Assembly: GCA_033763315.1 (NCBI GenBank)
Contig: JANRKS010000034.1
Coordinates: forward strand, 128,001 to 192,000
Source: Deltaproteobacteria bacterium
Lineage (GTDB): Bacteria; Myxococcota_A; Polyangia; Fen-1088
Direction: 5' to 3'
Length of the DNA: 64,000 nucleotides
A program made the position numbers and the translations under genes. The notes under the pieces were generated by a model that was given only the letters and a program-made list of their open reading frames with translations, had not been told where the DNA came from and searched no databases. Positions 38,868 through 47,812 of the stretch are shown here, piece after piece (the first letter of the stretch is position 1; each line of letters opens with the position of its first letter).

Positions 38868-39719
38868 TCACCGCTTCACGTTCGGCTTCGCCACGTATAC
38901 GTGTTCGAAGGTTTGTGAAGACAAACTTTCCGCGGTTTCCGTCGCGCCTGGATCGAAGTCGCTGTAGCGGGCAATGACCTTGAAGCCGGCTTGGTCGAGC
39001 AAGCTTTCTAGGTCGCCAGGCCAAAATTGTCGGTGGCAAAGCTTCACGACCTCCGGGGGGCCCGAATCTTGTTCGCGTTCATCCACCGGTTGGTAGACGA
39101 GTTGCACATGCAAGGCCTTGCGAGCTTCGTCAAAAAGGTGTGACTCGCCATAGCGGTAACGCCGCTGGGTCACAGGGTGCCGCACCAGCCGCTTGTTGAA
39201 TCGCACTTCGCCGCTCGTGCCCAACCAGGCGGGATGGGGCGGCAAGATATCGAAAGCGAACCAGCCGTCGGGTCGCAAGCTCTGGCGCACGTGTGTGAAA
39301 CACGCCAAGAGGTCGGCGTCGTTCACCAAGTGTTGCAAAGAGTGAAAGCCCGCCAGCACAAAGGCGACAGGCGTTGCTACCGCGAAAGCGCGCATATCAG
39401 CCCTGAAAAACAAGGCGTTTTCACGTCTCACGCGCGGCAACTGACGTACGCGTTTCTGCGCTTTGGCGAGCATCGCCGCGGAGCGATCGAGCCCCACCAC
39501 AGCGTGCCCCGCCCGCAGCAGCGGCACCGTCAGTCGGCCAGAGCCACATGCCAATTCCAAGACGGGCGACGGCGCGCCAAAGCCCAGTCGCTCGTCTGCC
39601 AGCATCCGATAAAAGGCAGCGTCCGTGCGTCGATGCCTATAGGTGCGATCATAAAGCGCTGGATCCTGGTAGTGCTCCACCGCGCCCGCGTCTTCGGCAT
39701 CAGCGCCAAAACGTTTCAT
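38868..39719 (-). CDS. class I SAM-dependent methyltransferase
   Basis: VLELACGSGR, GLD.S..ML, ADMR, L.PDG.F.FD. Confidence 0.9.
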   Translation of the reverse strand: MKRFGADAEDAGAVEHYQDPALYDRTYRHRRTDAAFYRMLADERLGFGAPSPVLELACGSGRLTVPLLRAGHAVVGLDRSAAMLAKAQKRVRQLPRVRRENALFFRADMRAFAVATPVAFVLAGFHSLQHLVNDADLLACFTHVRQSLRPDGWFAFDILPPHPAWLGTSGEVRFNKRLVRHPVTQRRYRYGESHLFDEARKALHVQLVYQPVDEREQDSGPPEVVKLCHRQFWPGDLESLLDQAGFKVIARYSDFDPGATETAESLSSQTFEHVYVAKPNVKR

Positions 39720-39791
39720 CGCGATTACCCTAGAACACGAACACGGCCCGGCAGCAAGAGTTCCCTGCATCAGGTACGCTAAAGTTCCATC

Positions 39792-40475
39792 ATGGGATCG
39801 GCGATAGTCTTATTGTCAGGTGGACTCGACTCAACGACCACGCTTGCCCAAGCGCGTTCGGAGGGAAAGGTTTGCCATGCGTTGGCGTTCCGTTATGGCC
39901 AACGCCACGCCTTCGAGCTGCAAGCCGCACGCAAGGTCGCTGCCGCGTTGAACGCCGCCAGCTTTCGCATCATCGACATCAACCTATCTGATGTGGGCGG
40001 CTCAGCTTTGACTGACGCTATTGATGTGCCTAAGGACCGCTCCGAATCCGAGATGTCGCACGACATTCCGGTCACGTACGTTCCCGCCCGCAATACGATC
40101 TTCGTGGCGTATGCCATTGCCGTAGCCGAGGTTTTGGGGGCTTCCGAGATCATTATTGGGGTGAACGCACTCGATTACTCGGGGTATCCAGACTGCCGTC
40201 CCGAGTGGGTAAGTGCGATGGCCGAAGTCGCGCGGTTGGGCACCAAAGCCGGCGTGCAAGGCAATCCGGTGAAGATAACGGCGCCTCTGATCCAGCTGAA
40301 AAAGGCCGAAATTATCGCGATTGGAGCTTCTTTGGGCGTGGATTACAGCCTCACGCACTCGTGTTATGACCCGAGCGCCGATGGCAACGCCTGCGGCCGC
40401 TGCGACTCCTGTCAGCTTCGCCGCAAAGGTTTTGCTGAAGCTGGGATCCCCGATCCCACGCGCTACTCCCCTTGA
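39792..40475 (+). CDS. queC: 7-cyano-7-deazaguanine synthase
   Basis: [36 protein letters not shown]. Confidence 0.97.
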   Translation: MGSAIVLLSGGLDSTTTLAQARSEGKVCHALAFRYGQRHAFELQAARKVAAALNAASFRIIDINLSDVGGSALTDAIDVPKDRSESEMSHDIPVTYVPARNTIFVAYAIAVAEVLGASEIIIGVNALDYSGYPDCRPEWVSAMAEVARLGTKAGVQGNPVKITAPLIQLKKAEIIAIGASLGVDYSLTHSCYDPSADGNACGRCDSCQLRRKGFAEAGIPDPTRYSP

Positions 40476-40482
40476 CCCACAT

Positions 40483-40545
40483 TTATCCACAATGAACCGG
40501 GTGTCATTGAGGATTATCCACAGGTCATTGGCAGATTTATCCACA
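40483..40545 (+). promoter_or_regulatory. cluster of three perfect DnaA boxes
   Basis: TTATCCACA at 40483, 40514 and 40537, all in the same orientation. Confidence 0.8.
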
Positions 40546-40583
40546 GGCGCGCGGCCTGACAAAGCGCGTTTGCGCCACGCCTG

Positions 40584-42083
40584 TCAATCGGCGTAGCGCG
40601 AGCTGCTGGAAATGGCGCGGCCGAAGGTGCCATTGCCGAGGTAAGCGGGGCGCACGATCGCTCCGACAAGCTCGGGTGGCAAGGTGGGGATAGGGGGCAA
40701 ATCGCCCGCCCCACGGGCCCGCGGCGCCAGACGAGGCAGCGGCGTGTCGGGTGAGGAAGCCACCACGGGGACGGCGGCGACCGGCGCCTCAATGACCGGC
40801 AAAGCCTCCATCTCCAGCGCCTCGGCCGTGGCCACAACCTTCACGAGCCAGGTCAGGTCCGTGGCCAGATCGCGGTTGCTGATGCGGGGCGGCCTGCGCC
40901 GCTGCGGCTGCTTGCTAGGGATGAAGTGCCGCATCATGAGCAGCAGCTGACGCGTGTTCTCGGCGTCTCGACGCGATATGCGCAGCTGCTCAATGAACGG
41001 GCGCAAACCGTGCGAGACCATGTGCCCCACGTCGCGCATACCGCTTCCGGGTGCCAGGGCTTGGTAAAGCCAAGGCATCAACAGGGAAGCAATGACCACC
41101 GCATTTGAGGGCGAGCCTTCCGAGGTGGCCGTGGTCTTGTCGAGCGCCGCCAAGTAGGTCCAAAGGCGCTGCGGATCAACGGGGCCCGCTTCCGTAGCCG
41201 GCCCAGCGCTGTCCACCTTTGCGTCGCCTTCGCTGGCGCCCGCGTCGTCGCCGACGCTGTCGTAATCATCTGGCTCGTCCTCAGCCAAGGTTGCAGCTGC
41301 CCGCGAGCCTGGTTTTGTGGGAACGCTTTTGCCCCGACGCCATTCATCCAACGCCGGCATAAGCACCGGCAGGAGGTTCAGCTCAACCAGCAGTTCCGTT
41401 GAACGATGGGCGGCGCCGGCGCGCAAAAGACGGAAGAATTCTTCAGAAACGCGTGCCTGGGCACACTTGCTGATTTCCTGCGCATGCTCCACCATTCGGC
41501 GCAGCGTTTCCGGTTCAATGGAAAGCTCGCAGCGTGCCGCAAACTTTACCGCCCGCAAAATGCGGATGGGGTCCTCGCGGAACCGAATGTCAGGATCGCC
41601 GATGGTGCGCACGAGGCGCGCCTCAATATCGGCCATGCCATTGACGTAGTCAGTGACCTGGCCAGACTCGGGATCCAAAAACAAGCCGTTGATGGTGAAG
41701 TCGCGGCGCTGGGCGTCCTGCTCGGCCGTGCCAAAGACGTTGTCGCGTCGGATCAGCAGATCCTCGCTTACGCCCTCGGCAGCAATTTTGTCGTCGTCTT
41801 CGCCTTCGCGCGGCGGCGCCCGAAAGGTGGACGTCTCAAAGATCTTCGGGCCGAAGAAAATATGGGCAAGACGAAACCGTCGACCAATGATTCGACAATT
41901 GCGAAAGGTGCGGCGGAGCTCGGGCGGCGTTGCGCTGGTAGAAACATCGAAGTCCTTCGGTTTCTTTCCAAGCAGAAGGTCGCGGACGCAGCCACCTACG
42001 AGGTAGGCTTCGTGGCCGAAGCGCCGCAGCCGTTGGACGACCTTGACGGCGTCAGGGTCGATTTGGCTGAGATCAATAGTCAT
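40584..42083 (-). CDS. pcnB: poly(A) polymerase I
   Basis: GGCVRD, DFD, PAP signature IIGRRFRLAHI, RRDFTIN, EDPIRILR. Confidence 0.9.
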   Translation of the reverse strand: MTIDLSQIDPDAVKVVQRLRRFGHEAYLVGGCVRDLLLGKKPKDFDVSTSATPPELRRTFRNCRIIGRRFRLAHIFFGPKIFETSTFRAPPREGEDDDKIAAEGVSEDLLIRRDNVFGTAEQDAQRRDFTINGLFLDPESGQVTDYVNGMADIEARLVRTIGDPDIRFREDPIRILRAVKFAARCELSIEPETLRRMVEHAQEISKCAQARVSEEFFRLLRAGAAHRSTELLVELNLLPVLMPALDEWRRGKSVPTKPGSRAAATLAEDEPDDYDSVGDDAGASEGDAKVDSAGPATEAGPVDPQRLWTYLAALDKTTATSEGSPSNAVVIASLLMPWLYQALAPGSGMRDVGHMVSHGLRPFIEQLRISRRDAENTRQLLLMMRHFIPSKQPQRRRPPRISNRDLATDLTWLVKVVATAEALEMEALPVIEAPVAAVPVVASSPDTPLPRLAPRARGAGDLPPIPTLPPELVGAIVRPAYLGNGTFGRAISSSSRYAD

Positions 42084-42168
42084 TCAGAAAAGGCAGCTTT
42101 AAGTACGAGCGGTAACACGTTGATGGGCCCCCGGCAAGCGTTAGCCAGCGAATTGGGGGCAAACACCG

Positions 42169-42912
42169 TTAAAAGAATGTTGGTGGCAAGGGGGCATCGG
42201 GATCGGCGGGGCGCGACCGGCGCATTGGAGTGTTTGGTCCGCCAAGCGCTTTGGCCTTCGTAGACTTCATCGGAACGGCGGCCGGCGCGGCGGGAGCCGA
42301 AGGCGGAGCCCGTGGGGGCACCGGTGCCGCGATGGGCGGCGAAGCGGGCACCAGGGCGGCCGCGGGCGCGGCGACGACCGGCATGGGTGCCTTTGGGGGA
42401 GGCGTAGGGACTGCCTTGGGGCCGAAAAGCCACAGCAGCGAAGCCACCAGCAGGAAGCTGCCCAACGCGGCCACCGCCACGGTCACAGCCGGGCGAAGCC
42501 AAGGCGTGGTTGGCAGCAGCACGTCCGTTTGGGTCAACGGGACAATGTCCCCCTGGGTGTTTCGCCGACCCAGGAAGCGCGCCACGCCAGGCCGAGCGCT
42601 CTTGGCGGCGGTTTGCGGGGCTGGCGGCTTAACGGGCCGCGGCGGTGCTGGTGTGCGTTTGCGAGGCGATGCCGTCACCGCGGACTTGCGGGGATCGTTG
42701 AGTTGTGGGCTGCTTTGCGAGCCAGCAATGCGCGTCGCCTGCGGCACGCGTGGCTCTTGCGCCGGCGTGCCTGCAGGGGCGTCCGCCCCGGTGCGGCCGG
42801 GCAAGGACGGCAGATGCACGTCTCGCCCAAACACCGTTTTTGCCAAACGGGGCTTCTCGGCAGCCGGGGGACCGCCTGGCTCGCCGCCTTCGAATCCGAA
42901 CCGCGTCGTCAC
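42169..42912 (-). CDS. Pro/Ala-rich single-pass membrane hypothetical protein
   Basis: fills gap; one TM; myxobacterial-style KTVFG N-motif and DPD.PLPPTF C-terminus. Confidence 0.6.
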   Translation of the reverse strand: MTTRFGFEGGEPGGPPAAEKPRLAKTVFGRDVHLPSLPGRTGADAPAGTPAQEPRVPQATRIAGSQSSPQLNDPRKSAVTASPRKRTPAPPRPVKPPAPQTAAKSARPGVARFLGRRNTQGDIVPLTQTDVLLPTTPWLRPAVTVAVAALGSFLLVASLLWLFGPKAVPTPPPKAPMPVVAAPAAALVPASPPIAAPVPPRAPPSAPAAPAAVPMKSTKAKALGGPNTPMRRSRPADPDAPLPPTFF

Positions 42913-42939
42913 AGACCTGCTGAGATTGTACTCGGTTTT

Positions 42940-43794
42940 CTACTGCGGCGCCTTGGCGGGTGCCGACGGGCCCAAGAAGCGTTGGCGGAAGGCCGTGGGG
43001 GCGTGTCCGGTTTCCTGGCGAAAGACGCGCGAAAAATACAACTGATCGGCGAAGCCAACGAGGAAGGCGACCTCTTTGATCGTGAGCGGCGAGCGTTCCA
43101 ACAGGTGCTGCGCGTGTCTGATGCGCATTTCGGTCAAATAGCGCATTGGACTCACTCCCAATGAATTTTGGAAAAGCCGAACCAAATGGCTGGAAGACAC
43201 GCGCGCGTGGCGCGCCAAGCGCGCGAGATTGAGTTTGGGGTCGCTGCGCCGCTCGCCCATAAGCTCGATGGCCCGCCGCACTTGCGCGGGCAGCGGTTCA
43301 AGCGTGGAGCCGCCATCGACGGGCGCGGCGGCGCGCACCAAAAGCGTGAGCAGCTGCGCCTTCACAAGCACATCGCGAAACGCCTGATCGGGCCCATGAA
43401 ACAAGCGCGAAAGTTCGGAGAAAACGGCACGAAGGCTGTCAACGTCGGCCGCTTTGTGTTTGCAGACGCGCGGCCGCTCCGACCAAAACTTTGCGTCAGG
43501 CGCTTCGCTGGTTGAAAGTGAAATACATCCATAACGAAACGGCCCCTGCGTTTCTCGGCCGCGGTTTCCATAATGGGCATTGGCCAATGCCAGTTCGCCA
43601 GCGCTGACCGCGCATCGCTCGCCGTGCACATCCAGCTCCATCGCGCCCTCGGTGACGAGGTACAGCTCGACCAGCGGCTGCGCCGGCGTGAGCAGATCTT
43701 GCCGAAATCCGGGTTCAGCAAAAACCACGGGTGCCAAAGGGGCCACATTGACCCACGCCACCAACCGTTCGACGAGGATGCGAAAATCATCCAT
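42940..43794 (-). CDS. AraC-family transcriptional regulator
   Basis: cupin-like N-domain; double HTH (S.SHL.RLF, VGF.D..YFSR.F...G..P..FR); start 43794 or 43815. Confidence 0.92.
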   Translation of the reverse strand: MDDFRILVERLVAWVNVAPLAPVVFAEPGFRQDLLTPAQPLVELYLVTEGAMELDVHGERCAVSAGELALANAHYGNRGRETQGPFRYGCISLSTSEAPDAKFWSERPRVCKHKAADVDSLRAVFSELSRLFHGPDQAFRDVLVKAQLLTLLVRAAAPVDGGSTLEPLPAQVRRAIELMGERRSDPKLNLARLARHARVSSSHLVRLFQNSLGVSPMRYLTEMRIRHAQHLLERSPLTIKEVAFLVGFADQLYFSRVFRQETGHAPTAFRQRFLGPSAPAKAPQ

Positions 43795-43873
43795 ACCAGC
43801 ACCGCGATAGTCCATGGCCGTTGCGTTGTCAACGCAACCGCTGCCCCCAAGACTCATTGAACCGGCAAGGCCC

Positions 43874-44845
43874 ATGTTCGTGACCAAACGCAAATTTACC
43901 GACTGGGCTCTCTTGCTTGCGTGCAATCTGATTTGGGCAAGCCAATTTGTGCTCGTGAAGCTGGTCCAAGATCAAGTGGGGCCTGTGTTCGCGACGGCGG
44001 CGCCCATGCTGGTGGCCACTTTGGTGTTGATGCCGATGGCCTTGCCTGGGCTCATCAAACGCTGGGTTACCGGCGGTCGCCCCCAGCCTCCAAGCCTGGC
44101 AGACGTGTTGGGCTTCGTGGCTTTGGGCGTGCTAGGGCAAGTGGCGGCGCAGTTGTTCGTGACCTGGGGCGTTCGCATCTCATTGGCCTCGAACGCCGCT
44201 TTGCTGATGTTCACGCTGCCTGTGGTGACCGCATTGATGGCTTTCGTGGTGCTGCGCGAACGCATGACGACCACTCGCTGGGTGGGATTCGCGCTGGCCA
44301 TGCTTGGCACATTGGCGTGTTCAGCTCGTGATTTTCGCGGCTTCGATTTGGGCGGCAGCTATTTATGGGGCAACGGGCTCATTTTCCTCGCGGTCGTTGG
44401 CAGCGCCTTTTACAACGTCTACAGCAAGAAGTTGCTGCAGACATATTCGGCGCTGCAGGTTCTGTTTTTAAGCTACGTCGCCGTGTGTGTGGTGCTGGTG
44501 CCGTTGACGTTGTGGCTCGAACCACAAGCGCTGTCGCAGTTGCGGCTCTTTTCGGGGCAAACCTGGCTCGGCCTCGCGCTGCTGGCGTTGCTGCAATACG
44601 CGTTGTCGATGGTCATCTTCTTGAGCGTGTTGTCGCGGCTCGATGCCACGCAAGCCGCGCTTTCGAATTACATGATTCCCGCGTTCGGGTTGGTGTTGGC
44701 CTGGCTGGTGCTGCACGAAAAGCTCACGTTCGCGGGCGTGGCTGGCGGCGCTTTGGTTTTGGCCAGCACGTGGATGGTCACCGTTGTTGAGAACAGGCAG
44801 GCGGCCGCCCAAGCCGCGGCGTCAGCCTCGTCTGTAAACGCATGA
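43874..44845 (+). CDS. DMT/EamA-family transporter
   Basis: 10 TM segments, IWA, L.ER, L.EK duplicated halves. Confidence 0.9.
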   Translation: MFVTKRKFTDWALLLACNLIWASQFVLVKLVQDQVGPVFATAAPMLVATLVLMPMALPGLIKRWVTGGRPQPPSLADVLGFVALGVLGQVAAQLFVTWGVRISLASNAALLMFTLPVVTALMAFVVLRERMTTTRWVGFALAMLGTLACSARDFRGFDLGGSYLWGNGLIFLAVVGSAFYNVYSKKLLQTYSALQVLFLSYVAVCVVLVPLTLWLEPQALSQLRLFSGQTWLGLALLALLQYALSMVIFLSVLSRLDATQAALSNYMIPAFGLVLAWLVLHEKLTFAGVAGGALVLASTWMVTVVENRQAAAQAAASASSVNA

Positions 44846-45660
44846 AGGAAAACATGAGCCAGCGATTCTTAGGAAAGCATGTTGTGGTCACCGGTGCCGG
44901 CCGAGGGCTTGGTTTTGAAACCGCCCGCCACTTCTTGCGCGAGGGCGCCAACGTACATTTGCTTGAACTCGAGGAGTCCCTGTTGCAGGCGGCGGTCAAG
45001 CAACTTCATGACGCTTTCCCGAACGCGAGGGTTGGCGGCACCCAGCTCAACGTTGCCGATAAAGCGGCTGTCGTTGCCGCCATCGCCAAAGTCGACGCTC
45101 AGCAAGCGGTCGATGTGCTGATCAACAACGCGGGCATCGCTGCCGAAACGCCTTTCCTTGAGATCGCAGAGACGGAGTGGCGTTCGATCATCGACGTGAA
45201 CCTTACGGGTTTGTTTTTTGTGGCGCAGGCCGTGTGCACACACATGGCGTCCCGCAAGCGGGGCGTGGTGGTAAATATGGCCAGCAAAAATGGTTTGGCG
45301 GGCGAAGTGGGATACGCCCATTACAACAGCAGCAAAGCTGGCGTCATCATGTTGACGAAAACCATGGCGCTTGAGCTGGCCCCGTTAGGCATTCGCGTGA
45401 ACGCCGTATGCCCAGGTTACATTCAAACGCCCATGTCGGAGGCGATCGATAGCCCCGAATTCGTGCGTGATTTTGTGGACCGTTACATTCCACTTGGACG
45501 CCCAGGTCGCGTGGAAGACGTCTCAGGGTTGTTCTTGTTTTTGGCCAGCGATGACTCTCGCTTTATGACGGGAGAATGTTTGTTGGCCGACGGCGGTCAA
45601 CTGGCGGGACAAAAGCCTGCGGCGGCCTTGGCAGACCGCATGGTGGCGTCATCTCGTTAG
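44842..45660 (+). CDS. SDR family NAD(P)-dependent oxidoreductase
   Basis: TGAGRGLG, NNAG, YNSSK, IRVNAVCPG; ATGA overlap with EamA gene. Confidence 0.93.
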   Translation: MKENMSQRFLGKHVVVTGAGRGLGFETARHFLREGANVHLLELEESLLQAAVKQLHDAFPNARVGGTQLNVADKAAVVAAIAKVDAQQAVDVLINNAGIAAETPFLEIAETEWRSIIDVNLTGLFFVAQAVCTHMASRKRGVVVNMASKNGLAGEVGYAHYNSSKAGVIMLTKTMALELAPLGIRVNAVCPGYIQTPMSEAIDSPEFVRDFVDRYIPLGRPGRVEDVSGLFLFLASDDSRFMTGECLLADGGQLAGQKPAAALADRMVASSR

Positions 45661-45683
45661 CCAGTCTTTTTGCTTGCGCACAA

Positions 45684-45710
45684 ACGAACGGGCCCGTGCG
45701 GGCCCGATTG
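45684..45710 (-). terminator. hairpin between convergent SDR and aminotransferase genes
   Basis: CGGGCCC-gtgc-GGGCCCG; T-rich tail on the minus strand. Confidence 0.55.
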
Positions 45711-45734
45711 TCACAAGTCGCGACGCTGAGCCGC

Positions 45735-47072
45735 TTAGAGTGCGCTTACAACTTCGCGCGTGACTTCAAGGGTTTTGGCGATGTCCCCCTGGGTGTGGGC
45801 GGCGCTCACCGAACCTTGTTTGCACGCCACAGGGAAATGGTAAATGCCTCGCTCGATCAGCGCACGCCGGTACTTGACGTCGAAGGCGGCCTCGTTGTGC
45901 GTTTGCAGATCGTGCAAATCCACGGGCACATGGTCCATGAAGTAAACGCAGAACGCTGAGCCCAGGCGGCTGATCGTAAAGGGCACACCCTTGGCTGCAA
46001 AAATGCCGCGTAAGCCTTCGGTCAACCCACCCGTGGTGGCGTCCAACTGGCGGTAAACGGCACCGTCGTTCGCACGCAAGATGTTGAGGGTGGCCAAGGC
46101 GGCCGCGACCGTAAGCGGATGCGCGTTGTACGTCCCGGCGATCAGCACCCGCTTGGCCGCATCGGGATGATCAAACAGATCCATGATGTCTTGGCGTCCA
46201 CCGATGGCACCCATGGGATAACCATTGGCCAGCGCCTTACCAAAAACGGAAAGGTCGGGTTTGATCCCGCACACGGATTGATACCCACCCAAAGCGGCGC
46301 GAAATCCGGTTTTGACTTCGTCGAAGATCAACACGGATCCATTGCGCGTGCAAAGATCGCGCACCGCTTGCAAGTAGCCAGGCAACGGCGGCATGACGCC
46401 CACGTTTTGCAACACGGGCTCCGTAAGCACGCACGCGATTGGGTACCGCTTCATTACATATTCGATGGAGGCGGCGTCGTTGTAGTTCACGATGTGAACC
46501 CGCCGCGCCACGCCCTCGGGTACGCCCGCCGACGACGCAAGAAATGGATACTCTCCGGGGCTGACGCGGGGACCAACGGCCGCCAAGCTGGGCGCCACGG
46601 CACGCGCCACGTCGTTGTGCCAACCATTGTAGCCACCCAACGTTAAGACGATGTCTTCGCGGCCTGTGAAGGCGCGAGACAACCGGATCGCATGGGCCGT
46701 GGCCTCGCTGCCGGTGTTTGTGATTTGCACGCGGTCGAGGCTCGCCACGCAGGCGCGCAGCGTTTCTGCCAGTGCAATTTCCCAGGGCGTGGTGCCGCTG
46801 CCCATCAATGACCAGCCCGAACTCATCGCTTCGGTGACGGCCTGATTCACCTGCGGGTGGTTGTGGCCCAAAATGTAGGGCGCAAAGGCCGCGTGGTAGT
46901 CGATGAATTCACGGCCATCGGCGTCCCACAGCCGGCTGCCCTGCGCCTTTACGAAGGCCAAAGCGGGTTCGGTTTTGCGGTTCAACGACACCACGCCACC
47001 GGCAATCGATGCGGCGGCGCGTTTATTGAGACTCGCGTTGCTTTCTGCGGGAACGTTGAGAAGGGAAGTCAC
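45735..47072 (-). CDS. class III aminotransferase, glutamate-1-semialdehyde aminomutase-like paralogue
   Basis: G..LWDADG..FIDY, NTGSEA, FDEVKTGFR, FGKALANG, GTYNAHP; start uncertain (47072-47105). Confidence 0.85.
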   Translation of the reverse strand: MTSLLNVPAESNASLNKRAAASIAGGVVSLNRKTEPALAFVKAQGSRLWDADGREFIDYHAAFAPYILGHNHPQVNQAVTEAMSSGWSLMGSGTTPWEIALAETLRACVASLDRVQITNTGSEATAHAIRLSRAFTGREDIVLTLGGYNGWHNDVARAVAPSLAAVGPRVSPGEYPFLASSAGVPEGVARRVHIVNYNDAASIEYVMKRYPIACVLTEPVLQNVGVMPPLPGYLQAVRDLCTRNGSVLIFDEVKTGFRAALGGYQSVCGIKPDLSVFGKALANGYPMGAIGGRQDIMDLFDHPDAAKRVLIAGTYNAHPLTVAAALATLNILRANDGAVYRQLDATTGGLTEGLRGIFAAKGVPFTISRLGSAFCVYFMDHVPVDLHDLQTHNEAAFDVKYRRALIERGIYHFPVACKQGSVSAAHTQGDIAKTLEVTREVVSAL

Positions 47073-47180
47073 CTGCACATCATGCCCGCTGGCTGGGCGC
47101 CGCAAAGCCTGCGGACCATGGACGAAATCCCCATTCCTATGGAAGAAACGGCGGCCCCGGATGCCGCGCTTGGCGCCGTA

Positions 47181-47663
47181 TCAGATCTGGACGTGGATCG
47201 GGATGCCGCGGTCCACGGACTCCTCACAGGCGTCGTTCATGAGCCGCCAGATGTGCTTTAGCTGAGCCGCAATGATGGAATCGTCGGCGAGGTCTTCGTC
47301 CTCCTCGTCCTCGTCTTCCTCTTCTTCTTCGTCCTCGTCGTCATCCTCTTCGACGTCGAGTTCGTCGCGCAGCTCTTCGAGTGCCGCGGCCAAAGCCTGC
47401 GATGAAGCAACTCGATAATCGCCCACGGTAACGCTGCCTTCAAAGTCCACGGGAACAAAAATTTCGGCCGCCACGTCGTGCGCTTCCAACCGGTCCAGGA
47501 ACTCGGTCATGGCGTCCTCGCTGAGGCGCGCCGCGATCGTGCGGGAGGGGTGATCGGATTCAACGTCATATTTGGCGCCAGCTTGGGTCAAGCTACGCGT
47601 AAGGGTTTTGAGTTCGTCCTCATCGAACCTATCGGACAGCGGTGCAAGCTCGATCTCAGCCAT
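47181..47663 (-). CDS. highly acidic hypothetical protein
   Basis: fills gap; contains EEDDDEDEEEEEDEDEEDED tract. Confidence 0.75.
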   Translation of the reverse strand: MAEIELAPLSDRFDEDELKTLTRSLTQAGAKYDVESDHPSRTIAARLSEDAMTEFLDRLEAHDVAAEIFVPVDFEGSVTVGDYRVASSQALAAALEELRDELDVEEDDDEDEEEEEDEDEEDEDLADDSIIAAQLKHIWRLMNDACEESVDRGIPIHVQI

Positions 47664-47812
47664 GCCCCATACGGTGCCTAAGAAGGCGTCAGTCGTCAAA
47701 CGGTCCCGCAGCGAAAAATGCGGAAGTTGATCAGGGCGTGGAGGGGCTGCCCTGGGTGAGACGTCGACAAAAGGCGCCGAACGGATTATTGATTGCTCTC
47801 CCTTAGCCCTAT

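Noticed and set aside
39792-40475. queC as part of a defence or DNA-modification system (QatABCD, Dpd, CBASS type IV)
   Set aside because: Canonical length and motifs, no dpdA/tgt-like, ATPase or TatD partners nearby; yhhQ in the window fits ordinary queuosine metabolism
42230-43045. 271-aa Gly/Ala-rich plus-strand ORF
   Set aside because: Antisense of the Pro-rich membrane protein and overlaps the AraC gene end
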